Positions 26,991 through 40,262 of a DNA stretch of 64,000 nt are shown here, piece by piece. The notes beneath the pieces were generated by a model. That model did not search any database and had not been told where the DNA came from. It worked only from the letters and a program-made list of their open reading frames with translations. Made by a program: the position numbers and the translations under genes. The stretch spans positions 147,250,001 to 147,314,000 of the forward strand of contig OZ024742.1 in NCBI GenBank assembly GCA_964016885.1. Direction: 5' to 3'. Positions within the stretch are counted from its first letter, which is position 1. Each line of letters starts with the position of its first letter. Origin of the DNA: Eledone cirrhosa (lineage: Eukaryota).

Positions 26991-27994
26991 TATATATGTG
27001 TGTCTACGTGTATGTGTGTGAGTGTGTGTATGTGTGTGTAACCTGATGTCAACAACTGTTACAAAGGGATGTGGGTATGTAGAGACCAAGGGTGGGGGAG
27101 AGACAGAAAGATGATATGAAAGTGTGGAGGATTATAAGTGTAGAAGTAAGTATAGTGTATAGTATGACAAATGGTATGGGAGCAGCTGGTGGAGGGAGTC
27201 ACTGGATCTTATTAGTGTGTAGTGAATATATAGGAGAGGGTGAGAGAGGGGAGTAGAAGAGAGAGAGAGAGGGAGGGAACAAAGTGAGAGTGGGAGTGAC
27301 AGAGTAGGGGAAAGAAAGAAGGAGTGAAAAACAGAGGACTAGTGGATGTGACAAAGAATAAGAGAGAGAGGGGGGACTGAGGGGGTCGGGGAATGGGAGA
27401 AGTGTAACATAAAGAGATCAGAAGTAATGGGGGCAGTTCTAAAGAAGATTTAGAATAAAAACACACACACTTAACAGTATAGCTTTGTTTTCAATTTAGT
27501 AAATAAGGTGTGTAGGTAGTTGTGGTCTGTTGTAGTCTTTCTTTGTTGATGGAGATGAACTGTCTGTCTGAAGGAATTTATTAATGACAGATGAGATGAT
27601 TGAGGGATGGATGGATGGTAGGAAAGAAGAATGAAGGGAAAGAAAACAGAAAGAAAGAATGAATGAAAGGAAAAAAGAAAGAAAGGGAATGGAGAAAGTA
27701 ATATATATATATATATATATATTTCAGGTCACAAGTAATGTCGTGGGTGGTGTATGTTTTGTGATATAAGATTTACTTATGAGTTACGTGGACTACACAC
27801 AAGGGCCTCATAGTCCAGAAGGCCTCATTACATTTTAAATATATATATTAACCCTTTTTTTTTTTAACCATATTTCTAATGAAATAGATTGCTTGTATGT
27901 GTCATTTACTAATTTTGAATGTGATCAAGAATTTGGAAGAATTGAATAAAAATAACTAAGCTGATGTTTGGAGCATTATTCAACAAAATCAGGG

Positions 27995-28185
27995 TAGTGT
28001 ATTGGCAATATCAGCACCTGGGTCGGACGCCATGCTTTGCAGCACAGAGTTACGTTCCTTTACGAACTGAGTTCAAATCCCGCCGGGGTTAACTTTGCCT
28101 TTCATCCTTACGAGGTCAATAAAATAAAGTACCAGTAATGTACTGGGTAATTGCTGGCCTTGTGCCAAAAGTAGAAACAATTATT
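27995..28185 (+). mobile_element. tRNA-derived SINE, second family (MetaSINE-like central domain)
   Basis: tggcaatatcag, gagttcaaatcc, gcctttcatccttac...ataaaataaagtaccag, tail tagaaacaattatt. Confidence 0.85.
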
Positions 28186-28412
28186 TTATCACAGCTCTTT
28201 ACCTTCTGAGTTCAAATCCTGCTGAGGCCAAATTTCCTTTTGTCCTTCTGGGTTCAATATAATTGATTTTCTCTTTCCTTCAAATTACTGGCCTATGATG
28301 ATAAGAACTTTGTTGTCGGTGGCCCAGCTTCCCAAAATGTCTCAAATTCCAAAGGCTAGAAAAATAGTTTAAAACACTATCTTCTAGCCTTTTAGGTTGT
28401 TTAATCACTCAC

Positions 28413-28590
28413 CATTTCCTTCTTGTTTACTTAGCCCTACCCTTTGTCACTTGAATAACACAGGCTTCACTGCTTGTCAGCCAAAGAGGGCAAATTTTCA
28501 AAATTTGGTCACTTTCTGATAGGTTTGTGGTTGAAACAGTGGCAGCGAAATCTTACAGCGCCCATCGTCTGTGTTCCACATCCTTGCCAA
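28413..28590 (-). other. Possible exon of a minus-strand host gene
   Basis: Non-repetitive sequence, acceptor ctgtatagtag, strong donor ATG|GTGAGT; all frames stop inside, the longest being LARMWNTDDGRCKISLPLFQPQTYQKVTKF*. Confidence 0.3.
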
Positions 28591-28950
28591 CTACTATACA
28601 GAATTAGATAGATAGACAAACTAACAGAAACTATTTCCCTCTCAAATTTTTACCCATAATTAGACACTTGCATTTCTCTATCATTTACAGCTTGCATTTC
28701 TTGAAATGAAATCACATTTTTTCAATTTCTCTTTAACTTATAGCCCTAGGTCAGCACCAGACTCATAATTTCATTCTACAACATTAATGTTCAAGCCATC
28801 TGCAAGCTGTATTCATGGTGGCATTAGATTGCAGTCTTTGTTGTGATTGTTAATCTATTTCTGCTGCATTCAGTGCACATTTCTATTTGGCAGTAGAAGA
28901 TGTTGTAGATTGGACATATCTATTCTGTGGCATTATTGATGGAAACAAAA

Positions 28951-29142
28951 GGGCGGTGAATTGGCAGTGTCGGTAGAGGGTTGAACGCCATGCTTTCCAG
29001 CATAGTTACGTCCCTTTACGATCTGAGTTCAAATCCCGCTGAGGTTAACTTTGCCTTTCATCCTTACGGGGTCGATAAAATAAAGTACCAGTAATGTACT
29101 GGGTAATTGCTGGCCTTGTGCCTAAAGTAGAAACAATTATTG
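28951..29142 (+). mobile_element. tRNA-derived SINE, second family; older copies follow at 29155-29525 (+) and 29875-29995 (-)
   Basis: Full-length match to 40072-40262; attattgatggaaacaaa occurs on both sides (TSD). Confidence 0.9.
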
Positions 29143-30174
29143 ATGGAAACAAAGATGGTGGATTGGTTCTATTGGTAGAGTGGTTAACAAAATGATGTGT
29201 GTCATTTAGTTATGACTTTCTACGTTATGAGGTCAAATCCTGCCATGGTCAACTTTGCCTTTTACATTTCCGGGGTTTATAAAATAAAGTACCAGTCAAG
29301 CAGTGGAGTCAATATAATCGACTTTCTCCCCCCCCCCCCCCCCCCAACACAATTTCTGGCCTTGTTAGTGAGTGAGCAGTGTTGTTAGTGTGCTGGATAA
29401 ATGCTTTGAGGGTGTTTGTTTTAACACTTCACTGAATTCAACTTTGTTTTCCATCCTTCCAGTCAATATAATCGACTTTCCCTTCCACTAAATTACTGGC
29501 CTTGTGCTGCTGTTAGAAAGAATTATTGATGGAAAGAAATTATTAAAAAGTCAAGGTATTTCAATAGAAATCAGGGGGGACAATTCAGCAAATGTCCTTT
29601 TCTGATTTGTCATGGTAATATGAAATCTTTGAGGGAAAAACTTTTATAAATGGAAAACAAAAAAGAAGAATCAAGAAGCTACAAAAATATTGATATAAAA
29701 TGAAATTATTAGTCTGATGCTAACCTGAGATTATAAGTTATTGAAAAAAACATAATTTTAAAAAAAAATATATATATATATAAATGAAATGTAAAGAAGA
29801 AGAAGAAGAAGAAGACCGTGTCAGACTAAAATTTCAAATAGATTTATTTATATGTCATTCTAAATGAATAATATGATTGTTTCTACTTTTGGCACAAGGT
29901 CAGCAATTACTCAGTACATTACTGGTACTTTATTTTATCGACCACGTAAGGATGAAAGGCAAAGTTAACCTCAGCAGCATTTGAACTCAGATGATTGAGA
30001 TTTAATTAGAGTTAATTTATTTTATGATAGTATGGCAGGGGGGTGTATATTTTTATGAGCTGAACAATGGTGTGAAATATAAAATTCTTAATTTTGTTAT
30101 TAGTTTTGTCTTTTAATATCCTCAATGAGTAAATGCTGCTGAAGCATATAAACAATATGCCCCCACACCCCCCA

Positions 30175-30440
30175 CCGCAAGGTGGTCGTGGAGGTGCCAC
30201 GGCAAAAAAGCACCCAGCCCACACTGTAAAGTGGACGTGTAGGCGCCACGAAAAAGCACCCAGCACTCACTGTAAATGAGGTTGGTGTTAGGAAGTGCAT
30301 CCAGCTGTAGAAATCAAGCCAGATCAGTTCCTGTATGAGCAAGGCATGGTCAGCCGACCAGACACTGCACACAACAGGACAACCCGTCTAACCCATGCTA
30401 GCGTGGAAGAACGGACGTAAAACGGTGATGATGATGATGA
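30175..30440 (+). mobile_element. SINE/RTE 3' tail fragment
   Basis: Matches 62718-62870 and the RTE tail. Confidence 0.8.
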
Positions 30441-31181
30441 TCTAATATAGATATAAAAAGTCAACTTTGGATATATCGGTCACATTTAGATGAAAGTTGA
30501 ACTGATAAGGAGATAAAATATTCATTGTATAAAAAGTAGATAAAGTAAAGGTAGTCCCTAAAACATAGAAAAGAAGATCAAATTGATATTTAGTCCAATG
30601 TAAATAACTAATATTTGTTTTCTATTTTAGCCCTAGGTCAACCCAAACGGAACATACCTATGATTAAAAGAATTCACCATTCCATTCTTCTCTTGGCTAT
30701 TGCATATCTTAGATTACATTATCCAATATTTTCTTGTTTTAAGATATCATCATCATTGTTTTTATGTATATTTTTCGATGCTTCCATGGGTTGGATGGGT
30801 CCTCACCACAGCATCTCTCTACACTTCACATTCCTTTGTCATCTCCTCTGCAAGTCTCAGTGATTTGAGGTCAATTCTCACCACCTCTGCCTAGTAGAAT
30901 ATAATTTTAATGACATTTGTCTGCTAAGAAGAAAATGCAAAGCTTCTATGAGAAAAATGAGATGGATTTGTTAGTAAAGTCATAAGAGAGAGAAAGAGGG
31001 AGATATAAAAATGACAAATACAGAGAAGGAGCAAATGATAAATGAAAAAGAATGAAGAATAGGAAAAGAACTAAAACACTGAGTCTGAAGTGAGGTAGCA
31101 ATGGAAGAACAAACAATTGTTACAAAATGAGAGAACAAAAGGAAAAACAGACGAACAAATATTTAAAAATATATATTAAGA

Positions 31182-31259
31182 CTAGCAGAAAACCGCCCAC
31201 CGGGTGGTTTTCTGCTAGTATATATATATATTACACACACAGAAATGTATATATATTTC

Positions 31260-31290
<31 letters not shown>

Positions 31291-31700
31291 TACACACACA
31301 GAAATGTATATATATTTCTGTGTGTATATATATATATTTCTGTGTGTGTATATATATATATATATATTACACACACACACAAATGTATATATGTTTCTGT
31401 AGCACTCCTCAATTCCCCCCTCTCTCCCTCCCGCTATCCCCCTCTTGTAGTCTGTCTCTTTCTTTCACTCTCACTCTCTCTCTACGCGTGCGCAAAAAAC
31501 ATTTGCACGCGCGCACGTGTTTTAGCCTCTATTCACTCTCTCTCCCTCCCGCTATCCCCCTCTCGTAGTCTGTCTCTTTCTTTCACTCTCACTCTCTCTC
31601 TACGCGTGCGCAAAAAACATTCGCACGCGCGCACGTGTTTCCACTGTCGGACAGACAGATAGACAAACAGAGAAATTGCTGGTCATATATTATAAGGAGA
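31182..31700 (-). mobile_element. Non-autonomous Helitron
   Basis: The minus strand starts A|TCTCCTTATAATA followed by (CTGT)n and ends with a GC-rich hairpin and CTAG|T; no TSD; internal duplication of about 120 bp. Confidence 0.75.
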
Positions 31701-32044
31701 TGTAACTATGAAACATGACATTTTAAAATCAAAATTTAGAATATCATAATTGTTATTAAATAAATTTCTTTTACTTTGGGTGTTATCTCTGTTTTAGAAG
31801 TTAGTATGGATCGATGCTGGAATGTTAACATCGTTCTATGAGTACATCTATATTGATGTACTTTTAATTTTTATTAAGTTACTTGTGAGCAGGTGCAGGG
31901 AGGCCAAGAGCCTTTAGCTGATTTATTCCAGCTGTATCATGGATTGTTGCTGGAATCCCAGCATAGTAAACTTATATTTCTGTCCTTGGGTCCCTAATTG
32001 CATTAATCCAGCATTGGATAAGGGTTATTTTGAAAAATGATGTA

Positions 32045-32886
32045 TGTTTTATGAAGTAGTGTTGTGTGGAGAGGTGGTTATGTTTTGTGAGGTAAAGCTG
32101 TGTGGAAAGATGGTGTATGGTATATGTGTTGTGAGGTAGAACTATATGGAAGGGTGGTGTATTTATTGTGAGGTAGGGTTGTGTGGAATAGTGGTGTATG
32201 TATTGGGAGGTAACTGTATGAAAAGGTGATGTATAGTGAGTGTATGATTTATGAGTTAAGGCTGTGTTGAAAGGTGGTGTGTGTATTGTGAGGTAGGACT
32301 GTGTGGAAAGGTGGCATTTGTGTTGTGAGTTAAGGCTGTGTTGAAAGGTGATGTATGGTGTATGTATTGTGAGGTAGAACTGTGTGGAAAGGTGGTGTGC
32401 ATGATGTAAGGTGCAGTTGTATAGAAAGATGGTGAATGGTGTATGTGTTGTGAGTTAGGTGCTGTATGTGTTGTGAGGTAATGGCTATGTGGAAAGATGG
32501 TGTATGGTGTATGTGTTGTGAAGTAGAACTGTATAGAAAAGTGGTGTATATGTTGTGAGGTAGAACTGTATGGGAAGGTGGTGCATAGTGCAGATATTGT
32601 GAGATATGACTGTGTGGAAAGATGGTTTATGGTATATATGTTGTGTGGAAAGGTGGTGTTTGTATTGTGAGATATGGCTGTGTGGAAAGATGGTTTATGG
32701 TATATATGTTGTGTGGAAAGATGGTGTTTGTATTGTGAGATATGGCTGTGTGGAAAGATGGTTTATGGTGTATGTGTTGTTAGGTAAGGACTATGGGAAA
32801 TGTGAAGTGCCGTGTATGTATTGTGAGGCAGAACTGTGTGGAAAGATTGCGTATGGTGTATGTGTTGTGAGGTATGGGTGTGTTGA
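32045..32886. repeat. GT-rich degenerate minisatellite (units of about 35-45 bp)
   Basis: Repeated tgtgaggtag..ctgtgtggaaaggtggtgt. Confidence 0.9.
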
Positions 32887-33867
32887 AATCGAAAGGTAAA
32901 TGAAGACTTAGAAACGAAAGTGTTAAAATGAGGTATTATATTATTAAGTGGGAAATTCACTTACTGTTGTTAGACAGCTGGACATGTATGTGCATGTGTA
33001 TATATGCATGTTTGTGTGTGTATGTGTAATTTATTAATGAAGTAGACAACTAGACTTTCTGGTGTGTATTTGCCAAAAGTACACGTAAACATCGAAATAT
33101 GAAAAATTGAGTGAGTCTGCTGGGGAAAACACACACACACACACACAGTAATAATAAATACAAAGACCAAAATCCAAAGAGGACTCGATAAGGGTTTATA
33201 TATATATAAGTATATATAATATATAATATATATAAGTATATATAAACCCATAGAGCAATATTCATTATTAGTCCAATTTAAAAGTTTAACAATAAATTTC
33301 TGCTTTCACTCTAAACAGGATTATCTGAAACTGAGAAAAATCAATCTGAAGACACAGCAGTAAATATTTCAAAAATGTTATGACCAAATATTGCCTCTAG
33401 AAAACAGGAAGACATAATCGTAGTGCGTGAAGATGTTCTCTTGAGATGGGCAAAATGTTTGCAAAGTTAATTACGTCATTATGTGAAACATGAAGAACAA
33501 ATTTTTGCTATGGAAAAAACATATTCTTGCTATGAAAAAATCATATTCTAGCTATGAAATAATCTCGAGAATAATATTCTTTTTAGATAGCCGAATCATT
33601 TCCAGCTACCATATATAGATATTATGTTTCATAATATCCATGTTTCATAATTTAATTCATAATTGTAAGCAACAAAGCCACACAGCCACTTTGAAGTCCC
33701 CCTTATATATGAGGCTAATATAAACCTTACATCCAGTCCTTAAACTAGAGGCATAGAAACATGATAGCTTAATTTCATAATAAGTGGTTACCTATTGACT
33801 GCGGTGCCTGGAGGTAGATGCAGAACAAAGTAACAAATACAAATGAATTGCATTATATCTGAAAAGC

Positions 33868-34094
33868 TAGGGTAGTGGATTGGCAGTGTATCAATAGAGC
33901 ATTGGACACCATGCTTCGCAACATAGCATTACGGCCCTTTGTGTTCTGGGTTCAAATCTCGCCAAGGTTAGCTTTGCCTTTCATCCTTACAGGAGCGATA
34001 AAATAAAGCACCAGTAATGCACTGGGATCGATGTAATCGACTTTCCCCTCACCCTTCAAATTGCTGGCCTTGTGCCTAAAGTAGAAACAATTAT
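33868..34094 (+). mobile_element. tRNA-derived SINE, second family (longer variant)
   Basis: Same head and body; attatatctga flanks both ends (TSD). Confidence 0.85.
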
Positions 34095-34204
34095 ATCTGA
34101 GAAGCTAAACATGTTTGAGTATCTCCGAACTACTGCCAAGCAACTATACATGCTCTCTTCTTTTCAGATTCAAAAAACAAACAAACCACTCTTATCCCAT
34201 CAGG

Positions 34205-34482
34205 TTCAAAGCTTCAGGATTGCAACAAATAATGCTAGTACCATGAAAGTTATGTCTGGAGAAATTATGGAGATGCTAGTGAAGAGGTGTGTAGATGTAT
34301 GCTGTGTGCAAGAAGTAAGATGTTGAGGAGCTCTGGCCAGATTAATCCCTGGTAAGGAACATAGGTACAATTTTTCTGAGTAAGTAGCAGCAAAAGTGTG
34401 GGAGTTGGAGAAATAGTAGTAGCAGAGAAATGGGGGGCTAAGGTAACTGAGGCAGTCAAAGTATGTAATAGTATTATTAACC
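34205..34482 (+). pseudogene. LINE AP-endonuclease N-terminal remnant (RTE-like)
   Basis: FRIATNNASTMK...VDVCCVQEVR. Confidence 0.75.
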
Positions 34483-34483
34483 T

Positions 34484-34540
<57 letters not shown>

Positions 34541-34711
34541 ATAAGGATATTTATATTTATATATGTTTAATACAACTATAAATATGGAGGGTAGTACTAA
34601 GTACTAGCCGGTTACCGGTATGACAAAAGGCTCTATGCAAATTTTCAAGTGTTTTACAGAGCCGAGATACAAAGTGTTAAAACGATCAAATTTTAGTTTA
34701 GAACATTTATT

Positions 34712-34758
34712 TGCTGACAATTGTTTCTTCCAGAGGGAAGTCTGGAATCATCAGAGCA
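34712..34758 (-). ncRNA. Minimal type I hammerhead ribozyme, fully canonical
   Basis: UGCU-CUGAUGA-UUCCAGA-CUUCCC-UCUGGAA-GAAAC-AAUU-GUC-AGCA followed by AAUAAA. Confidence 0.85.
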
Positions 34759-35154
34759 TAGGGAATGTCGAAACATGTGACTAAAATCCTAGTCATTGAA
34801 TGACTATTTAGTCACATGTTTCGACATTCCCTATTTTCTGATGATTCCATACTTCTAAAATTTGATCGTTTTAACACTTTGTATATATATATATATCATC
34901 ATCATCATCCTCATTGTTTAACGTCTATCTTCCACGTTAGCATAGATTAGATGGGTTTGTCCCATTTAGAGGCAAGTTGGCTTGGATGACCATGTCTCAC
35001 TCATATAGGACTGTTTCTGGCTGGTTTTCTATGGCTAGATGCCCTTCTTAATGGCAAATATATATAATATATCTATTGAAATATAGATTAATATGTGAAG
35101 TAATTAATCAAGTTGTCTGACAAAAGTATAGGTTGATCAAAGTGCTACAGATAG

Positions 35155-35196
<42 letters not shown>

Positions 35197-35296
35197 AGAG
35201 AGTGTAACGCAGAGTTACTGTAGGTTCACATGGGTGAGCACTCGATGCTTAGGTTCACGTCAGTATCGAGGTGTAGAGCTAGACAGAGTGTAATAT

Positions 35297-35480
35297 AATA
35301 ATTGTTTCTACTTTTGGCACAAGGCCAGCAATTATCCCAGTGTATTACTGGTACTTTATTTTATCGACCCCGTAAGGATGAAAGGCAAAGTTAACCTCGG
35401 CGGGATTTGAACTCAGACCATAAAGGGCCGTAACTCTTTGCTGCAAAGCATGGCGTCTGACCCTCTACCGATACTGCCAA
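35297..35480 (-). mobile_element. tRNA-derived SINE, second family
   Basis: Reverse complement of 28951-29142. Confidence 0.9.
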
Positions 35481-35932
35481 TACACAAGGACGAATATATT
35501 TCTTCATTACTGCTACAGAGGTCCGACGAGCTTTTGATTCCAGAATCGGGCTAGATCGATACAGATTGAACCTTGAGTTGACCTGTAGCAAAACGCATGT
35601 CACCAACCAATAAACGTAATGAAGGAGTAACCATTCGTCCTTGTATTATTATTATAATATATATATATATAAATGGAAAAAATGAAACAAAATTTCATTT
35701 CTCACTCTTAGTACGGCTGTTACTTAAATATAAGTATGTATACATACATATATGTATACAGACGTACAGTAGTATGTACATATATACATACATGCACACA
35801 TATATATATATGTACGTATGGATTCACCAAACATTTATTATAATGCTCGGTTTGTTTGTAAACAAACATCCCGAATTAAGCCGTACAGTGTTTAGCAACC
35901 ATCGTTGCCCTTTTGTTCAACACTGACAAAGG

Positions 35933-35976
35933 AACGATGTACTAGTTTCAAGCTTATTAGCTATCGTCAGCACCGT
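35933..35976 (-). ncRNA. Minimal type I hammerhead ribozyme (left arm)
   Basis: ACGGUG-CUGACGA-U-AGCU-AAUA-AGCU-U-GAAAC-UA-GUA-CAUCGU. Confidence 0.8.
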
Positions 35977-36114
35977 ATACCTTCCTGCCAGATGATTGAA
36001 CGTCTGAAAGTATATACTTTCCTTATGCATGTTAACAGCTGAGCAGCCTAATTTGCATATCGAGTGAGTTAATCGTATATACTTTCAGACGTTCAATCAT
36101 CTGGCAGGAAGGTA

Positions 36115-36159
36115 AACGGTGCTGACGATAGCTAATAAGCTTGAAACTAGTACATCGTT
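36115..36159 (+). ncRNA. Minimal type I hammerhead ribozyme (right arm)
   Basis: AACGGUG-CUGACGA-U-AGCU-AAUA-AGCU-U-GAAAC-UA-GUA-CAUCGUU; predicted cut after 36152. Confidence 0.85.
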
Positions 36160-36361
36160 CCTTTGTCAGTGTTGAACAAAAGGGCAACGATGGTTGCTAA
36201 ACACTGTACGGCTTAATTCGGGATGTTTGTTTACAAACAAACCGAGCATTATAATAAATGTTCGGTGAATCCATACGTACATATATATATACATGTGCAT
36301 GTATGTATATATGTACATACTACTGTACGTCTGTATACATATATGTATGTACGTATACATA

Positions 36362-36415
<54 letters not shown>

Positions 36416-36569
36416 TATAACAAAGGAATAGTGGAGAGGAACCAGATGGACCATAACGCACTAGAGTACTCAATACTTAAGGTAGTAGAGTGGGAAATAG
36501 CCGTCGAAACGGCTTGAGCTCTGCCGTCGGGGTCATACTTTTTCCTATATATATATAGAACTAACATCC

Positions 36570-39551
36570 CTCCAGCGATGGGAAAAAAAACGTCACCTGG
36601 TTCAACAACTACTACGAAATGGATTTCAAAAATGAACAACATACAGGTAACCCATTTTTAAAACAAACTAAAACTCACACACCACACTCACAACAAATAA
36701 TTTTAAAAAAGTAACAAAAAGTCCAACATAGCCCCACCAAAATTATGACGATAATCCCAGAACCCATAGACAAAAATATAACCCTACTAAAAAAAAAACG
36801 AATGTTCCCCAACACAAGACAGGACCCAATCCGCAGATCACAGCCCACACAAAACCTATTCCAAAACCGTAGACCCCAACCCACACAGAACCTGTTCCAA
36901 AATCGTAGATCCCAACCCACACAAAGGAACAAAATCTACAACCCAGACAATCAACAAACCGAACCTCAATACGTCTGAAACTTCTATACAAGACCACACA
37001 ACAACAGGAGAAATGCCATTAGATATAATAATTGTTTCTACTTTAGGCACAAGGCCAGCAATTACCCAGTGCATTACTGGTACTTTATTTTATCGACCCC
37101 GTAAGGATGAAAGGCAAAGTCAACCTCGGCGGGATTTGAACTCAGATCGTAAAGGGACGTAACTATGCTGGAAAGCATGGCGTCCGACCCTCTACCGATA
37201 CTGCCAATCATTAGATATAATAATACCCATGAAAAACCAATTCAGAAAAATCATTTTTTAGACCAAGGCTACAGGACCCACGACACCCGGTGGCATAAAC
37301 CGATTTTGAAAAACCGAAAATAATCAAGCTTTCAAATACAAACTTCTCAGCCCAACAAATTAAAATTCTCTCCAAAGGACTGAAATTCACACCAACACCA
37401 CAATACTCTAACCTCAATGAGATAAATGTCGATATCTTACACTTCTGTAGAAAATTATGTCTCACAGAGGAATTTTTTGACAAGGAGAATAACGACCAAT
37501 CAATTGTACGGAATAAAAGCAGCTACAACCCAACAAAGGGTAGAAACAGAGTTCTGGACAAATTTTGTGACCACATAGCAACTTTCCCATACCATGAACT
37601 ACCGCAACCTAAACCCAAACCCAACACGAGTCGAAGGGAATGGGAGATTATCCATGAACTAAAAAACAATACCAACATTATAATTAGGGAAACGGACAAG
37701 GGAAGTACTGTACTGTCGTCATTATGGATGCTGAATAATATAAAAATTCTATGTTCTCTCTCTTACAAGATACTAACTACTATGAAATACTACCAGCAAT
37801 CAAAAACGATGACCAGATTAAACACATTTATTTGTCGATACCAGGAAGACTTAACTAAAAAGGAACGCGATTATTTAACACATTTTGAATACAAAACCAG
37901 CAACCTTTACGGACTTCCGAAGATCCACAAGTGTAAAATAATTAACGATGCCTGTAAACAAATCACCACAACCTGTGTGAACACACAATACCCCACAGAC
38001 CTTAAATTAAGACCAATTGTAGCGGGCCCACAATGTGAAATACACAGACTAAGCAACTTTATAGACATACTACTAAAACCAATTCTCAAACACATACCAA
38101 GCCTTGTAAGAGAATATCTGGACCTCTTAAACCACCTCCCCAAACATGTCAACAACGACACTATTATTGTGTCTTTCGATGTAGTGAATCTCTACACAAC
38201 GACCCCACACCAATACGGACTAGAAGCAATAGGATTCTGGCTAGAGAAATATCCCAATGAGATACCTGACAGAATAGAAAAAAGCTTCATCACCGAGGGA
38301 TTAAAATTTATTTTACAGAACAACTTTTTTTATTTCGATGGCTGTACTTACAAGCAAATATCAGGCACTGCGATGAGTACAAAAGTCGCTCCAACTTATG
38401 CCAACTTAATCATGGCATACTTGGAAGTCCAGATATATGAACAGTCCAAATCAAAAATACAGATTGAACTTCCACAAATATTTATCAGAGAATTGGAAAC
38501 GCTACTTGGATGATTGTCTCATTCTTTGGTCTCACACACTCGACCAACTAAATGATTTCAAAAATTTAATTAACGGCATCAATAACCACATCCAATTCAC
38601 AATGGAATACAGCCAAGATCAACTCCCATTTCTGGACATCTTAATCATAAAAAAGACACAAATATTGAAACTGACATACACTACAAACCAACAGATTCCA
38701 AACAACCAAACAATACCTCCAACCATCCAAAGCACACGAAGACGAACATCCCTTTTAACCTAGCAAGAAGAATTTGCACAATTGTCTCCAATTATGAAAC
38801 GTGAAATAAAAGACTTCAAGAATTAAAGGAAATTCTACTCGAAAGACAGTACCCACCATTACTAATAAATAATGGAATAGAAAGGGCTAAAGCAATAGGC
38901 ATTGGTGAATTACGAAAACAGAAACAAATTCAAGGTACGTCCAATATTCTATCATATATCTCAACACACAAGCCAAGAAATGCAGAAGCTTACAACACTA
39001 TTCACAAGAACATCCCACTATTGAAACAAGACCCAAGAATGAAAAAAAGCCCTTGAAACAACAAATAATCAAAAGCAAAAGACAACTGAAATCACTAAAA
39101 ACATTACTCACCAATGCCAAATTACCTACCACAAACCCACAACTAACTGTCAAAAAATGTGGTCGCTCTAATTGTGGAACCTGCACTCACCTCATTGAAG
39201 GCAACACGTATACATTTCAATCAGGACAAAATTTTGCTGTAAAAAAATACTTCACTTGCTCATAAAAAATCTACTTTATGCCATTAAATGTAAAAATGCA
39301 ATGAAGATTATATAGGACAAACTAAACTCACACTCAGAAACAGAATGACAGTTCATCGCCAACAATTACGAGATCCTACCACGAGAAAGATACCACTCAG
39401 TGCACGCCTAGACATATGCGCAAGTAATAAGACACTCAAATTCCAAGTCTTCCCATTTTATCTTGGCGCTGACAATACAACAGAACAAATACGAATAAAA
39501 AAGAAAAATATGTTTATTCAAAAATATAGACCAGCATTAAATATAGTTTAA
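36570..39551 (+). mobile_element. Near full-length Penelope-like element (Neptune-like), frameshifted: N-terminal domain, RT, thumb, Cys linker, GIY-YIG
   Basis: LSKGLKFTPTP, YGLPKIHK, LRPIVAG, SFDVVNLYT, GTAMSTKVAPTYANL, RYLDD, LPFLD, CGRSNCGTC, YIGQT...RMTVHR. Confidence 0.95.
37033..37208 (-). mobile_element. SINE (second family) inserted in the Penelope ORF
   Basis: TSD cattagatataataat at 37017-37032 and 37209-37224. Confidence 0.95.
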
Positions 39552-39864
39552 TATACATTATGTCAACACTATAACATGCTAACCATCCAAACAGACACAT
39601 ACACACACACATAACACCTTCTATTTTAGAAAATAAAAATCAGAACTAAATAAACCTTAACATACGTTAATACTCTAACACCTTAACATGCTAATCACAC
39701 CCCCACACCAAGACACATAACTCCCTTCCCCATTTCTACTAACGGAATCATTTTCCTACACATACACACACAAAAATATATATATATTCTCTCCATCTTA
39801 ACATGCTAATCATACTCCCACACACACACAACACCCATACACACACACACACACACATAACACC

Positions 39865-39907
<43 letters not shown>

Positions 39908-40071
39908 CTCCCTCCTCCATTTCTACTAATAGAATCATCTTCCTACACACATACACTCACACACAAGCACACAAATAAACATACATATCTCTACTTTCTT
40001 TATTTCCAGAACAATTCTCCCCATCCTGTTTTTCTTGACCATTATTTTTTGTTTGGCACACACTTAAAAAT

Positions 40072-40262
40072 TGGCGGTGAATTGGCAGTATCGGTAGAGG
40101 GTCGGACGCCATGCTTTGACGTATAGAGTTACGGCCCTTGCCATTCTGAGTTCAAATCCCGCCGAGGTTAACTTTGTCTTTCATCCTTACGGGGTCGATA
40201 AAATAAAGTACCAGTAATCTACTGGGTAATTGCTGGCCTTGTGCCAAAAGTAGAAACAATTA
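40072..40262 (+). mobile_element. SINE (second family) in the Penelope 3' region
   Basis: Full head, body and tail. Confidence 0.9.

Larger units (their letters stand above)
35732..36365. repeat. Long palindrome with arms of about 290 bp and a 57 bp spacer
   Basis: 35732-36017 is the reverse complement of 36075-36365 with few differences. Confidence 0.95.
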
